A stretch of 60,247 nucleotides of DNA from a virus (taxonomy: Duplodnaviria; Caudoviricetes), in the IMG/VR virus record IMGVR_UViG_3300030380_004437, positions 1 to 60,247 of that record. One strand, 5' to 3'. Positions 1-9,609 of the stretch are shown piece after piece. Each line of letters starts with the position of its first letter. Position 1 is the stretch's first letter. Below the pieces are notes generated by a model that was not told the origin of the DNA, ran no database searches, and was given only the letters and a program-made list of their open reading frames with translations. Both the position numbers and the translations under genes were made by a program.

Positions 1-1041
1 TTTAAGTGCCATATCAGAATATGCACCAACATTTCCTGTAGCTGTAAAATTACCACTAGTGTCAATAGTGGCTGTATTACCGTCTGAAGAATTTCTAAAA
101 ATATGACTACCGTCTGCTTTAAAATAAGTTTCGCCACTATTAGCATAGTAAATTCTGTTATCACCTTCGGCAGAATTAATGTAAGCATCATTAGGTATAG
201 CTAAATTTAGTTTAGCACCTAATTGTGTTTGTATAGCAGAAGTCACACCATCTAAATATCCTATTTCTGTAGAAGTGACAGCACTCGCCGATACATCACC
301 GTTAGAGTCAGAAACTAAAGCTCTAGATGCAGTTAGGTCAGCCATTTTACTAAAAGCTATCGCTGCACCAGATGCAACACTTGCGTTTACAACTGCATCA
401 CTAGCTAATTGGTCTGCACCCACTGCGTCATCTGCAACCATAGCTTGTTCTACGGCATCATTCGCTATAGTAATTGCACCACTACTGGCTATAGTCACAT
501 CTCCACTTACAGCCACAGGATTATAACTTGTGCCGTCGGCTACTAATATATGACCACTGGTATTAGTAGCCATTTTTAAATCATCACCACCTATAGTTAG
601 GTCACCACTTATACTTAAATTTTCTAACCCATCGATTACTGCAGCACCAGAACCAGCACCATCTAAAACACAAATTTTAGTAGTACCGTTAGGAACAGTG
701 ACTGTTGCCCCTGACCCTTGTTTAATTATTATTGATTGAGAGCCAGAAGTAGCATTTTCAATAATTTGTACTCTTTTCATAGTGTTTGGAGCTATGGTGA
801 TTGTACAAGTAGAATCTAAAGTACCTGTATATTTTACATACATAGCTCTAGCTGCATCTGTTGAGCCGTCTGCTACTGTTGATACATGGGTATCTGCGTT
901 AGTGACTATGGCTTCTGTACCATAACCTAATGCTTCTCCTATCAGCTCTAAATTAGTGTTAGTGACTGTTCCCCATGTACCAGATTGGTCTCCAGTACCC
1001 ATCTCATTTAATCTAAGATTATTAACGTATGTACTTGCCAT
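1..1041 (-). CDS. Tail fibre 2, N-terminal part (runs off the left end; continues at 60247-59707 on circularisation, about 437 aa in total)
   Basis: Not in the ORF track. Translated by hand from ATG 1041: MASTYVNNLRLNEMGTGDQSGTWGTVTNTNLELIGEALGYG...EIGYLDGVTSAIQTQLG...GNVGAYSDMALK, open to base 1. Its last ~89 codons are homologous to 60247-59980. Confidence 0.85.
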   Translation of the reverse strand, partial: MASTYVNNLRLNEMGTGDQSGTWGTVTNTNLELIGEALGYGTEAIVTNADTHVSTVADGSTDAARAMYVKYTGTLDSTCTITIAPNTMKRVQIIENATSGSQSIIIKQGSGATVTVPNGTTKICVLDGAGSGAAVIDGLENLSISGDLTIGGDDLKMATNTSGHILVADGTSYNPVAVSGDVTIASSGAITIANDAVEQAMVADDAVGADQLASDAVVNASVASGAAIAFSKMADLTASRALVSDSNGDVSASAVTSTEIGYLDGVTSAIQTQLGAKLNLAIPNDAYINSAEGDNRIYYANSGETYFKADGSHIFRNSSDGNTATIDTSGNFTATGNVGAYSDMALK

Positions 1042-1068
1042 TGTAAAATTATAAGTTAATTAACACAA

Positions 1069-2037
1069 TTAAGCTACTTCTTCCCAATTAGGTGTTTGAC
1101 TATCGTCTACATTACTATAGCTAGGTGTTTGACTATCATTTACATTACTATAATTAGGTGTTTGGCTATCACCCACATTACTATAATTAGGTGTTTGACT
1201 ATCATTTACACCACTATAGTTAGGTGTTTGGCTATCGTCTACCATGCCCCAAATTAGTACTCTTGGCTCACCTGTTGTACCTACTTGTCCTATAGGAGTT
1301 ACATTAGCTTTACCAATAAATGATAAAGAGCCTAGTGATGCTGTGCTAGATACACCAGAAATACTAACTTTATTCTGTGTTGTTGTACTGGGGTTATTTA
1401 AAGTAGCTTGTAAAGTTTGTCCTGCTACAGAAACATTCGCTTTACCTGTTATTGAAGATAGCGTACCTAAAGCAGATGTGCTGGTTTGACCACTTACACT
1501 TACATTAGCTTTTGCTTCTAGTGTTATTGAGCCTACTCCACCTGTACCTACTTGACTAGAAGGAACTGTGCTTGCTTTACCTGTAACAGAAAGTGAGCCA
1601 ACTGCCGATGTACTGGTTTGACCTGCAGGACTAACATTAGCTTCTGCATCTGTAGTTACGCTTACAGAACCAACACTCCCTGATACTCCAGGAAGTATAG
1701 CTACAACACTTCCATTTACACCAACTCCTGCAGTTGCTCCAGTACCAGCTTGTCCAGAAGGCACAACATTAGCTTCTGCATCTGTAGAAATGTTGCCCAA
1801 AGAAGTTGTGCTTGATAATCCAGATAATGTAATATTGGCTTCAGCGTCTGTTGTAATAGTACCTAAAGCTGAAGTTCCTACTTGAGATCCAGGAGTTACA
1901 TTTGCCTTACCAATAAAAGTAAGACTACCTACTGCTCCAGTACTTGATTGACCTGTGACATTTACATTTACACTCGCAGAGTCACCTCCAGCTAATGCTG
2001 AAAATGGAGCTTCTGAAAATGCACTTACACCTAACAT
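1069..2037 (-). CDS. G/S/T/V-rich repetitive virion (tail/fibre-associated) protein
   Basis: Approximately 22-aa repeats (ANVxxxGQxxTxAxGxxT) and C-terminal 11-aa repeats; lies in the tail module. Confidence 0.6.
   Translation of the reverse strand: MLGVSAFSEAPFSALAGGDSASVNVNVTGQSSTGAVGSLTFIGKANVTPGSQVGTSALGTITTDAEANITLSGLSSTTSLGNISTDAEANVVPSGQAGTGATAGVGVNGSVVAILPGVSGSVGSVSVTTDAEANVSPAGQTSTSAVGSLSVTGKASTVPSSQVGTGGVGSITLEAKANVSVSGQTSTSALGTLSSITGKANVSVAGQTLQATLNNPSTTTQNKVSISGVSSTASLGSLSFIGKANVTPIGQVGTTGEPRVLIWGMVDDSQTPNYSGVNDSQTPNYSNVGDSQTPNYSNVNDSQTPSYSNVDDSQTPNWEEVA
1085..1240. repeat. Five tandem 33-bp coding repeats (xDSQTPNYSxV)
   Basis: TAGGTGTTTG(A/G)CTATC recurs at 33-bp intervals. 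Confidence 0.9.
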
Positions 2038-2039
2038 AA

Positions 2040-2144
2040 TTAATTATGAAATTTTTTTCTAAATTCTTTGCGTAATTTCTTTTCTTCTTCTACTTTTTTA
2101 TAGAATTTTTTATCTATTTCTTTTGTTTTTAATTTTACAGCCAT
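2040..2144 (-). CDS. Small charged hypothetical protein (34 aa, MAVKLKTKEIDKKFYKK...)
   Basis: Fills the gap between two genes; overlaps the upstream stop. Confidence 0.4.
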   Translation of the reverse strand: MAVKLKTKEIDKKFYKKVEEEKKLRKEFRKKFHN

Positions 2145-3160
2145 TCACCTTCCTCTGTAGGATAACGAACATACCCCTTAACTTGTTTAATTTCTAAAGT
2201 ATTTTTGTCATATACTAAACCATATATCCAGACAAAATCATCTTCCCTAGTTTCTGGCATAGGAAAATCTAAACCTTTTTCTTTGCAAAACTCTTTCATA
2301 ATATCCTTAGTGGTCACAAAGAAAACGTCATACTGGTCTGCTTCTGTACCATCTTCATTAAAAATTTTAGCAAAAAAGAAAGAACGGTATTTAGCAGAAT
2401 ACAAAGGAACTTCTGGTCTAGGTATAAATGTATCTGGGTGTTTTTGATAATTGCTAGTATATTCATTATCAGCAATAACAAGTTTTAATTGTTTTTTACC
2501 TGTCACTGTATTGTATTTTATTGAGTGCCAAACATGGTACTCATATCCAACATCAGGCACTTTAAATTCATCTAATAGTTCTTGAGAAGGATAGTTATAA
2601 ACATTGTACCAACTATAAGTTTTTTCATGTGTATAAGGCGGTCTTAAAGGTGCATCATCATGCGCAGTATAAGTGCCTATAATGTTAAATCTATTTCCTT
2701 TCCATTCTTGATCTTTGCCAAAAACTTTTTCTATTTCTTCTATAAGTGGTTTGGCTTGATGTAGTCCAATATTGTAATCAGTTCTAACTAATTTTTTATT
2801 TACATAAACTTCATCATAAGTGTTAGTGCTTTTTGGTACTGCGAAATTTTTTACACCATCCCCTAAGTCTCCTTCCTCTGCATGTCTCAATGTGCTATTT
2901 TCTAAAAAGAAACTATATTCTGTTGCTTCCCACGATTGTTTTAAATACTTAACATCATCTTCTTCAACATAAGTACCATCTTCTTTTTCTATTAACATAT
3001 CTTTACTGTCAGATTTATTGTACTCCATATATGATTCTTCTTTTGAAACAGGATGTATTACATTAAGCGTTAATTTATTAAAAGGTACGTCTTCATGGTC
3101 AATATCTCTACTAATGCCCACACTCGCTAAAATTGATTTTTCTAATTTAATTTCACTCAT
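2135..3160 (-). CDS. Hypothetical protein (341 aa) in tail module
   Basis: Long ORF, translationally coupled to its neighbour; no motif recognised. Confidence 0.6.
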   Translation of the reverse strand: MSEIKLEKSILASVGISRDIDHEDVPFNKLTLNVIHPVSKEESYMEYNKSDSKDMLIEKEDGTYVEEDDVKYLKQSWEATEYSFFLENSTLRHAEEGDLGDGVKNFAVPKSTNTYDEVYVNKKLVRTDYNIGLHQAKPLIEEIEKVFGKDQEWKGNRFNIIGTYTAHDDAPLRPPYTHEKTYSWYNVYNYPSQELLDEFKVPDVGYEYHVWHSIKYNTVTGKKQLKLVIADNEYTSNYQKHPDTFIPRPEVPLYSAKYRSFFFAKIFNEDGTEADQYDVFFVTTKDIMKEFCKEKGLDFPMPETREDDFVWIYGLVYDKNTLEIKQVKGYVRYPTEEGEWL

Positions 3161-3780
3161 CTTGACCTACGAAAAGTTACTGAAGTAGTGCTACCTGAAG
3201 CAGAAAAAGGGGTCCAAGTACTTGTATTATCAAAAGGAGGGGTGGTAGTAGTTGACCAATACCATTGGCTTCTCCCATTACTTGTTTCATAAGTGGCATC
3301 ACTTCTATTAAAAGTTGTAGAACTTATTAACACACTTTTAAAAGAGGTATCATTATTAGGTATATTTTGTTTTGAGGCTCTAACTCTTACAACACTTGTA
3401 GCAGTGGCTCCTTGGTTTACACTAGTGATACTTAAATCAGAAAAACCCGATGCATTATCTAAATAATCTGCGTCATTTGATACATTTAAACTCCCTATGT
3501 CACCTGCTCCACTAGGCGAACTATTTAAATATCCTCTGTAATAAGTTGTTGTTGTTACATAACCATCAGACGTACTCCTACTTGTTCCACCTGTAGTCAT
3601 TGAAATGGCATAATCTGCAGCCTTGGCATAATAGTCATTCCAAGAAGCTGTCGCACCTGAACTTTTATTAGCGATTAATCGTATATCAGAATCATTTATA
3701 CTACACTCTGTGCCAGAACTACCTCCTGCTTCAACGTGCATTTCATTTAAACTTATAGTACCTGAACTTGGAGTAGCCAT
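3157..3780 (-). CDS. Putative fibre-tip adhesin 1
   Basis: N-terminus SGTISLNEMHVEAGGSSGTECSINDSDIR shared with 59091-59726; follows a chaperone-bearing fibre; S/T/G/aromatic-rich variable C-terminus. Confidence 0.6.
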   Translation of the reverse strand: MATPSSGTISLNEMHVEAGGSSGTECSINDSDIRLIANKSSGATASWNDYYAKAADYAISMTTGGTSRSTSDGYVTTTTYYRGYLNSSPSGAGDIGSLNVSNDADYLDNASGFSDLSITSVNQGATATSVVRVRASKQNIPNNDTSFKSVLISSTTFNRSDATYETSNGRSQWYWSTTTTPPFDNTSTWTPFSASGSTTSVTFRRSR

Positions 3781-5054
3781 TATTTACTCTCTAGTTCTTT
3801 TACTCTGGCTTCTAATTCTTTGATAGCTTCTACTAACAATCCTACTGTGTTGCCATAACGAACTGCTAAGTGTTTATCCTCATCATCTACATCAGAAGTT
3901 TCGTAAACTGCTTCTGGTAATACTTTTTCTAAATCTTGTGCTATTAAACCTGTGCTTTTCTTTCCATCTTTTTTGTAATTAAAAGTAATTCCTTTTAATT
4001 GTTTTACTTTATTAATAGCATCAGGGATAACTTCAACATTTTCTTTCAATCTTATGTCTGATGTATCTCCAAAAGCTGTAATATTGCCCTTACAAATAAA
4101 TGCACCAGCATCTGACATATCTATTCTTGCAGCAACAATACCTGAGCCACCATCATTTCCTAAAAATACAAAATCTTTGTCCTGCTGTGAAACTGTTAAA
4201 TTAAAGTTTGAAGAGCCACTTTCAATGTTTCCCCATTCAGTTCCATCATCTTTAAATCTTATGTGTTCTCCACCAGCATCTAAAATAATGTCTGCAGATA
4301 CATCTAAAGTTAAATCTCCTGTTCTCGTAATGGTTCCACCGCCAATATCCACACCTTTAAATATAATATCTTTATCAGAAACTTTAGACTCAATATTAAA
4401 ATTGCTACTTCCTAAATTTATTACACCTGTCTCTGTCCCAGAACCTAAAAATTGAAACTCTGGTGTACCTGTATTTGAATTAAATTTTATAGCATCATCT
4501 GCTTGAATTTTTCCACCGAAGATTGCTGTAGCTCCATCAGAGTAATCAATAGTTAAACCTGTTTTTAATCCACCACCATCAGAGTCATAACCTTTTAAGA
4601 TGAAATCTTTATCATTTAAATTATTTTGAATAGTGAAATCATTATTGGTGGTTTTAATAAATGCAATCGTATTGGAAGAATTTTTAAAACTAAAATCATC
4701 TCCAGGAGCATTAAATTCTAAGTCTCCTGAGCCATCTATAAATACAGTTTTACTTGCAGGTAATGTACAAAATACATCTTTAGTTCCTGCAGAAAAATTA
4801 ACTCCAGAATCAGAATTAGAACTACTAATAATCGTAGTTCTTGATAATGTGTCTGGTGAAGAATCTGATACTGTGCCTAAACCTACTTCAAACTCATCTG
4901 CTGTTTGATGAACTATCGCATAATAAGTCGTATTAGTATTACCTATGCCTGCTACAAAAGTTTCAAAACCAGTTTCGGCTCCAGCTAGATTAACTGTGCC
5001 TGTACCAGTAGTGGTAGTGGTTTCTTTTACCCTATCGTTAAGGACAAGAGCCAT
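3780..5054 (-). CDS. Tail fibre 1 with C-terminal peptidase S74 intramolecular chaperone
   Basis: MALVLNDRVKETTTTTGTG N-terminus; C-terminal SDIRLKENV...GLIAQDLEKVLPEAV...YGNTVGLLVEAIKEL. Confidence 0.85.
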   Translation of the reverse strand: MALVLNDRVKETTTTTGTGTVNLAGAETGFETFVAGIGNTNTTYYAIVHQTADEFEVGLGTVSDSSPDTLSRTTIISSSNSDSGVNFSAGTKDVFCTLPASKTVFIDGSGDLEFNAPGDDFSFKNSSNTIAFIKTTNNDFTIQNNLNDKDFILKGYDSDGGGLKTGLTIDYSDGATAIFGGKIQADDAIKFNSNTGTPEFQFLGSGTETGVINLGSSNFNIESKVSDKDIIFKGVDIGGGTITRTGDLTLDVSADIILDAGGEHIRFKDDGTEWGNIESGSSNFNLTVSQQDKDFVFLGNDGGSGIVAARIDMSDAGAFICKGNITAFGDTSDIRLKENVEVIPDAINKVKQLKGITFNYKKDGKKSTGLIAQDLEKVLPEAVYETSDVDDEDKHLAVRYGNTVGLLVEAIKELEARVKELESK

Positions 5055-5063
5055 GCTCTCCTC

Positions 5064-5492
5064 CTATGCTATTCTTATAATAGCTGTACTTGCTGCTGCT
5101 GCTGGGAAAACTATTGTAAAATCACCAGCTGTAGAAGTTTTATCTCCACCAAAATCTATAGTAGCTACAGATTTATTTGAATCAGAACTATTATAAATCA
5201 TACAACCTCTAGCTGTAACAGTGGCAGTTCCAAAAGTTAAATCAGCAAAATCAGTGATAGCAGTTGTGCCGTCTAAGGAAGGATCTACTCTTGTTAAGCT
5301 ATTCCCTCCAGAAGTATAGTTAGTTCCACTAGCTTGATTAGTTGTAGTAAAAGCAGTTGTAGTTGCTCCTAAAGTAGCTGAGCTAGTGTATAAAGCTAGT
5401 TTAAAAGTGTCTCCACCTGAGTTTTTAAAATTATGAACTGCCTCTAGCAATTCTTTTTTAAAACTGCTTGTTAATGTAGATGTGATTGCCAT
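5064..5492 (-). CDS. Virion structural protein
   Basis: MAITSTLTSSFKKELL...FKLALYTS pattern typical of tail-module proteins. Confidence 0.6.
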   Translation of the reverse strand: MAITSTLTSSFKKELLEAVHNFKNSGGDTFKLALYTSSATLGATTTAFTTTNQASGTNYTSGGNSLTRVDPSLDGTTAITDFADLTFGTATVTARGCMIYNSSDSNKSVATIDFGGDKTSTAGDFTIVFPAAAASTAIIRIA

Positions 5493-5785
5493 TATTTTAA
5501 CTCCGTTAGTATTTTAGCTAAATCTTTATGTCCTTGCTGTTCAAGTAAATTACGCATAGTGCATCTTTCACTATTGATCCCAGCTTTTATATAATAAAGT
5601 ATTGTGTTGTAAATAGCTACCTTAAATGCCTCTGCCTGTTGTTTAACATGACCTTCTGCGTTTTCAGAAATACCACATATTCTTTCAGTTGCTCTTTCTG
5701 CCCAATATTCAGGTGGATGACCTCTATGTTGTTGTGTTTCTACGGTAATACCACCTAGACCACTTACTGTTTCTATTTCTATCAT
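5492..5785 (-). CDS. Hypothetical protein
   Basis: Coupled ORF (TAATG overlaps). Confidence 0.6.
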   Translation of the reverse strand: MIEIETVSGLGGITVETQQHRGHPPEYWAERATERICGISENAEGHVKQQAEAFKVAIYNTILYYIKAGINSERCTMRNLLEQQGHKDLAKILTELK

Positions 5786-6519
5786 TAATACCTCTTAGCT
5801 TCTGGAACTTCAAGTATTGTTCCTATTTCTTTTACTTTTTGTAGTTGTAACTCTTTCTGTAAAGCTTCATACTCACTTACTTTCATAGTTTTAAACCCTT
5901 GACCCTGTGAATGACCAACTACTATAGGATCATCAAGTCTGTGATAACCATACAGTTTTTCACTCAAAGGTTTATCTGTATCTAATAAACTAGATCTTGG
6001 TGCTATTTTTACATCTATACCAGCACTAATACATTTTGAAAGCCAAAACTCAACACATGCCTTACCTTCTTCTGCAAAATGTAGATTACCTTTATAAGTG
6101 AAATCAATACCAAATAAATTAATTGCTTTCACTTTTTGGTACATTGCGTAAGCTATTGCGTAAGGGATAGTATTATTAAAATACGCACAATCTGTAGCTT
6201 CTACTACTTCTGTTAAAGGATAAAGGACTGCTCCAGGAACTCTTTCATCTAATTCACAGGTGTAAATAGGTCCAGGATGGGTAGGTAGCATCTTTCTCAT
6301 TATGCCTGTCTGTGTCCCTGCATCGTCCGTATCGAAGAATCTTGATGCTGGATCAAGCATAAATACTCTATCCACTTCTTTAATTATGCCTGCCATAGCA
6401 TTTATTGCCCATACTTCATCGTATTTATTGCTGTGTATGAGTGATAAATGGAAGTCTAATTGACTTTCACCCATGGCAACTATTGCTATTTCTTTCCCCT
6501 CTAACTCTGTGGTTTGCAT
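5785..6519 (-). CDS. Maf/DUF115/GT42-like nucleotide-sugar transferase-fold protein
   Basis: IAIVAMGES...VWAIN...NNTIPYAIAYA...INLFGIDF resembles the GxGxS / iylxGxD pattern of this fold. Confidence 0.45.
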   Translation of the reverse strand: MQTTELEGKEIAIVAMGESQLDFHLSLIHSNKYDEVWAINAMAGIIKEVDRVFMLDPASRFFDTDDAGTQTGIMRKMLPTHPGPIYTCELDERVPGAVLYPLTEVVEATDCAYFNNTIPYAIAYAMYQKVKAINLFGIDFTYKGNLHFAEEGKACVEFWLSKCISAGIDVKIAPRSSLLDTDKPLSEKLYGYHRLDDPIVVGHSQGQGFKTMKVSEYEALQKELQLQKVKEIGTILEVPEAKRY

Positions 6520-6520
6520 T

Positions 6521-7168
6521 TTATATTCTTTGTTTTGCTACCTTCCCTGATCTAAATTCGTCAGTGACTGCTTCTGCTTCACCTAAGTTTTTCAAAAGAG
6601 TTATGGCTTCTGCAAACTTGGCTTGATATAAAGCTGTTTCTGCTTCATTTTTTAAATACGTTGCTGCTTCTACTAAACTGCCAAAAAGTAATGCATTAGG
6701 TGCATTTTCAGACAACCAAGTTGTGCCACTATCACCACCTGCTGTTAATGAAGTCGGTCTATAAAAATAATGTACTTCTGCTGTGTAGTTAGAATTAGGT
6801 GTTGGAGCCAACATAAATGTGTTTTGATCAAAGTCTGCATAATACTTAGGTGTTCCTGTAGTTGCTGCAGCTGGTGTATAGTCTCTTATAAAAGAAACAT
6901 CTTTTAATTTTAAGAAAATATAATTGTTGCTACCATCTATTACAGCTACGCTAAATGGTGCTAAAAAATCTGTTGGCTTAGTTAAATAAGTATTAGAGGC
7001 TGTGAGCGTACCTGTGACATTTTTTCTAAAAACATCTAGTTGAACAGCTTTTAGTATTCTTTCTTCTGCTGTTTTAATAAAATCAGGTAGGTGAGTCACA
7101 AAAGTTGTTTCAGTTGACTCTGAATAATCTTGTATTGCTGTTTTTAAGGTAGCGTAGGTAAAACTCAT
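6521..7168 (-). CDS. Head-tail adaptor-like virion protein (start revised to MSFTYATLKTAIQDY)
   Basis: TYATLKTAIQDY...AEERI...GTPKYY...LAPTP...LLFGSLVEA; the upstream extension in the ORF track overlaps the previous gene. Confidence 0.65.
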   Translation of the reverse strand: MSFTYATLKTAIQDYSESTETTFVTHLPDFIKTAEERILKAVQLDVFRKNVTGTLTASNTYLTKPTDFLAPFSVAVIDGSNNYIFLKLKDVSFIRDYTPAAATTGTPKYYADFDQNTFMLAPTPNSNYTAEVHYFYRPTSLTAGGDSGTTWLSENAPNALLFGSLVEAATYLKNEAETALYQAKFAEAITLLKNLGEAEAVTDEFRSGKVAKQRI

Positions 7169-7175
7169 AATTGAA

Positions 7176-8000
7176 TTATATAGTATTTGCCGTCCAACCC
7201 ATACCGCTATGGTTTGAACAATAATAATAAAGTGTTGGTGCTCCTGAGGCAACAGTAATTTGAGTGTATGCCCCAGAACTACCTGGAGTCCCGTTAGTAG
7301 TAACTCCTGTTGTATATTCAGAACCTCCTCCATGTGTGCCATTGGCAGTTGTTGAAAACCTCAACGGATGTCCACTATTACTCGAATCCGATTGGTCAAA
7401 CTTATATGTTTCTCCTTCATTTAAACTCAAAGTTACATCTGCTGTAGCAGTAGAGCCATTGATCGCAAATTTATTTGAAGAACCAAAATTATAATAAGGG
7501 TGATTAGAAGGATTGCCACCCACTACTGTTACTGTAAAAGTTTGCAAAGCATTAGTAACATAAGGACTACCTAGTGCAGATGTACCAGCTTGACCAGTAA
7601 CTGAAACACTTTCCGTTATATTTCCAGATACAGTTATTGTTCCTAAATACGCTGTGATTAGTTGTGAGTCTAAAGTTTGAGAGACGGTATTATCATTTTC
7701 AAGAACACTTAAAGTTCCCACAGAAGAAGCTATCTGAAAACTACTTAATATCCTACCTATAGGATCAGAAGTCGTGACTACTTTACCTAGTCCAACTTCT
7801 TTATCGTTATCTGGTCTTGGTTCTCTTAATGCTTCTGGGTCTATAACATGCCTGATTGGGTCAAGTTGTGGGTGTTTTATTTCATAACAAGTGGGACATG
7901 TTTTTAACCCATTCCACTCAGTTTTTAACTCTGGGTAGTCGTATACAAAACCACATCTATCACATTGTGCTTTTGAAAACTTACCACTTGCGTAAGCCAT
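7176..8000 (-). CDS. Virion protein: N-terminal CxxC...CxxC module plus C-terminal cupredoxin-like domain
   Basis: CDRCG...CPTC; YKFDQSDSSNSGHPLRFS...LYYYCSNHSGMG. Confidence 0.6.
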   Translation of the reverse strand: MAYASGKFSKAQCDRCGFVYDYPELKTEWNGLKTCPTCYEIKHPQLDPIRHVIDPEALREPRPDNDKEVGLGKVVTTSDPIGRILSSFQIASSVGTLSVLENDNTVSQTLDSQLITAYLGTITVSGNITESVSVTGQAGTSALGSPYVTNALQTFTVTVVGGNPSNHPYYNFGSSNKFAINGSTATADVTLSLNEGETYKFDQSDSSNSGHPLRFSTTANGTHGGGSEYTTGVTTNGTPGSSGAYTQITVASGAPTLYYYCSNHSGMGWTANTI

Positions 8001-8677
8001 TAGAAATTACTCCTAGTAGGAGTAAGCATCACAGAAGCTCTGTTCCTATCCTCCTCTGATGCTAATTTAAAATCTTGTTCGTATTGTGCTTTTAACAAAG
8101 TTGCTTTTTCGGGGTTTTTCTTTAACGCTATGTAATAAGCTAACCCACTTGCCATGCACGGCATAAACCTTGATGGTACTTCTGGGTCTTGTGCTGATGC
8201 TGAAACATCATCTATTCTTTGTATTCTGTAAGAAACAAATTTATATGTTGTTGCACTGTCTGGTGTTGGCCAAACACTTAGTACTGGTGTTGTTTGTCTA
8301 TCAATAAAATACTGAGTAGGTCTTCCTGTACTTGCTTTATTAGGTATGTTGAGATATTCTGACCTACCTATATTAGTTATTTGTAGGTCTGTTTGTGTGC
8401 CGTTTGAGGCTACTTGACGTATGACAGCAGAAACTATATCTAAATCATAAGAATTTAGAGTATAACTTGAAGTTCCTGCAACTAAATCTAAACTGACTTG
8501 TTCAATAGTCCAAAGGTTTACACCTCTGTTTGACCAATCAGCAAACATAATGTTGAGAGATCTTCTCGCAGTTTCTGCGTCATAACCTGTTTTGACTTCT
8601 AGTCCTGCTAACTCATATGCCTCTTCTATAGCGTCTGCTATACTGAGGGAAAAAGTTTTAGTTCCAGATGTTGCCAT
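8000..8677 (-). CDS. Head-tail adaptor / tail tubular protein A-like
   Basis: MATSGT..F...IEEAYE...ARRSLN...W.NRG.NLW...GRPTQY...WPTPD. Confidence 0.65.
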   Translation of the reverse strand: MATSGTKTFSLSIADAIEEAYELAGLEVKTGYDAETARRSLNIMFADWSNRGVNLWTIEQVSLDLVAGTSSYTLNSYDLDIVSAVIRQVASNGTQTDLQITNIGRSEYLNIPNKASTGRPTQYFIDRQTTPVLSVWPTPDSATTYKFVSYRIQRIDDVSASAQDPEVPSRFMPCMASGLAYYIALKKNPEKATLLKAQYEQDFKLASEEDRNRASVMLTPTRSNF

Positions 8678-8679
8678 AC

Positions 8680-9090
8680 TTAGCTATATGATTTTATACA
8701 ATGTAAAACAATCATATATGAATCACCACTACTTGCTCCAGTTGTGGTTAGGTTTAAATCACCTGTTTTACCACTACCAGAAGTATTTTGTAATCCACCA
8801 AAAGGGCTAAAGTCTAAAACACCATCAGAACTTGGATTAAGCTCAACACAGAGAGTATCAGTAGAAGCGTCCCACAGTAATCCTATTTTAGTAAAACCTA
8901 AAATACTGTAATACACTCTAAATAATTTTACTCCTGTACATGCAGCTCCATCACTTTTCCTAGCTGTAAGTCCACTTACATCTACTTTAGTCACAGCACT
9001 TTCACCAGTGCTATCACTAACATTGGTAAGTTGTACTATAAAGTCTTTATCGCCGTCTAAGACGGTTTTCGATGTTACGGTATCAGCCAT
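8680..9090 (-). CDS. Virion structural protein
   Basis: Position downstream of MCP; beta-rich composition. Confidence 0.5.
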   Translation of the reverse strand: MADTVTSKTVLDGDKDFIVQLTNVSDSTGESAVTKVDVSGLTARKSDGAACTGVKLFRVYYSILGFTKIGLLWDASTDTLCVELNPSSDGVLDFSPFGGLQNTSGSGKTGDLNLTTTGASSGDSYMIVLHCIKSYS

Positions 9091-9102
9091 AGTTTACTCC
9101 TA

Positions 9103-9609
9103 TTATGCGTCAGCGAATGGAGTGACTAAAGTTCCTGAACCTAAAGTAATACCTTCAACGGCATACTTGGCAGAAGCTAAAGCTGTCACTGTTATTATAC
9201 TTCCTGCAAGACCACCTTTAGTGGAACCGTTTAAAGTAATAACATCATTAGATGCTCCAGATATAAAAGTTTTACCTGTAGCATTATTTACACCTGTGTA
9301 TAAACCACCTACAAACTTATCTGTACCATCTGTTAAGACGTCCATATCAGTTGCAGCAGTGACTACGACAAAAGTAAATGTAGCCCCTAAATTATTTAAT
9401 TGATTAGGGTCGTCATCCGCTCCTGGAGCAGTAGCTACGATACTTGGTAAAGTAAATTTACCGTCAGCATCATTACAAAGTAGAACTTTGCCTGCGTGTG
9501 AATCTACAGTTAAAGTAGTGTCAGCTGTTAAACTAACAACATTAGCATTACCTGCAGATATAAAACCAGCAAGAGATCTTACTGGACCTGAGAATGTTGA
9601 TTTTGCCAT
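9103..9609 (-). CDS. Virion structural protein (possible head decoration)
   Basis: MAKSTFSGPVRS N-terminus, strong RBS, follows MCP. Confidence 0.5.
   Translation of the reverse strand: MAKSTFSGPVRSLAGFISAGNANVVSLTADTTLTVDSHAGKVLLCNDADGKFTLPSIVATAPGADDDPNQLNNLGATFTFVVVTAATDMDVLTDGTDKFVGGLYTGVNNATGKTFISGASNDVITLNGSTKGGLAGSIITVTALASAKYAVEGITLGSGTLVTPFADA

Noticed and set aside
1-268. DGR template/variable repeat pair with 59980-60247
   Set aside because: Differences are not adenine-specific, include synonymous changes, and no reverse transcriptase is present
7169-7342. Long N-termini given for 6521-7342, 58254-58748 and 58949-59218
   Set aside because: They overlap upstream genes; downstream ATGs fit spacing and family N-termini better
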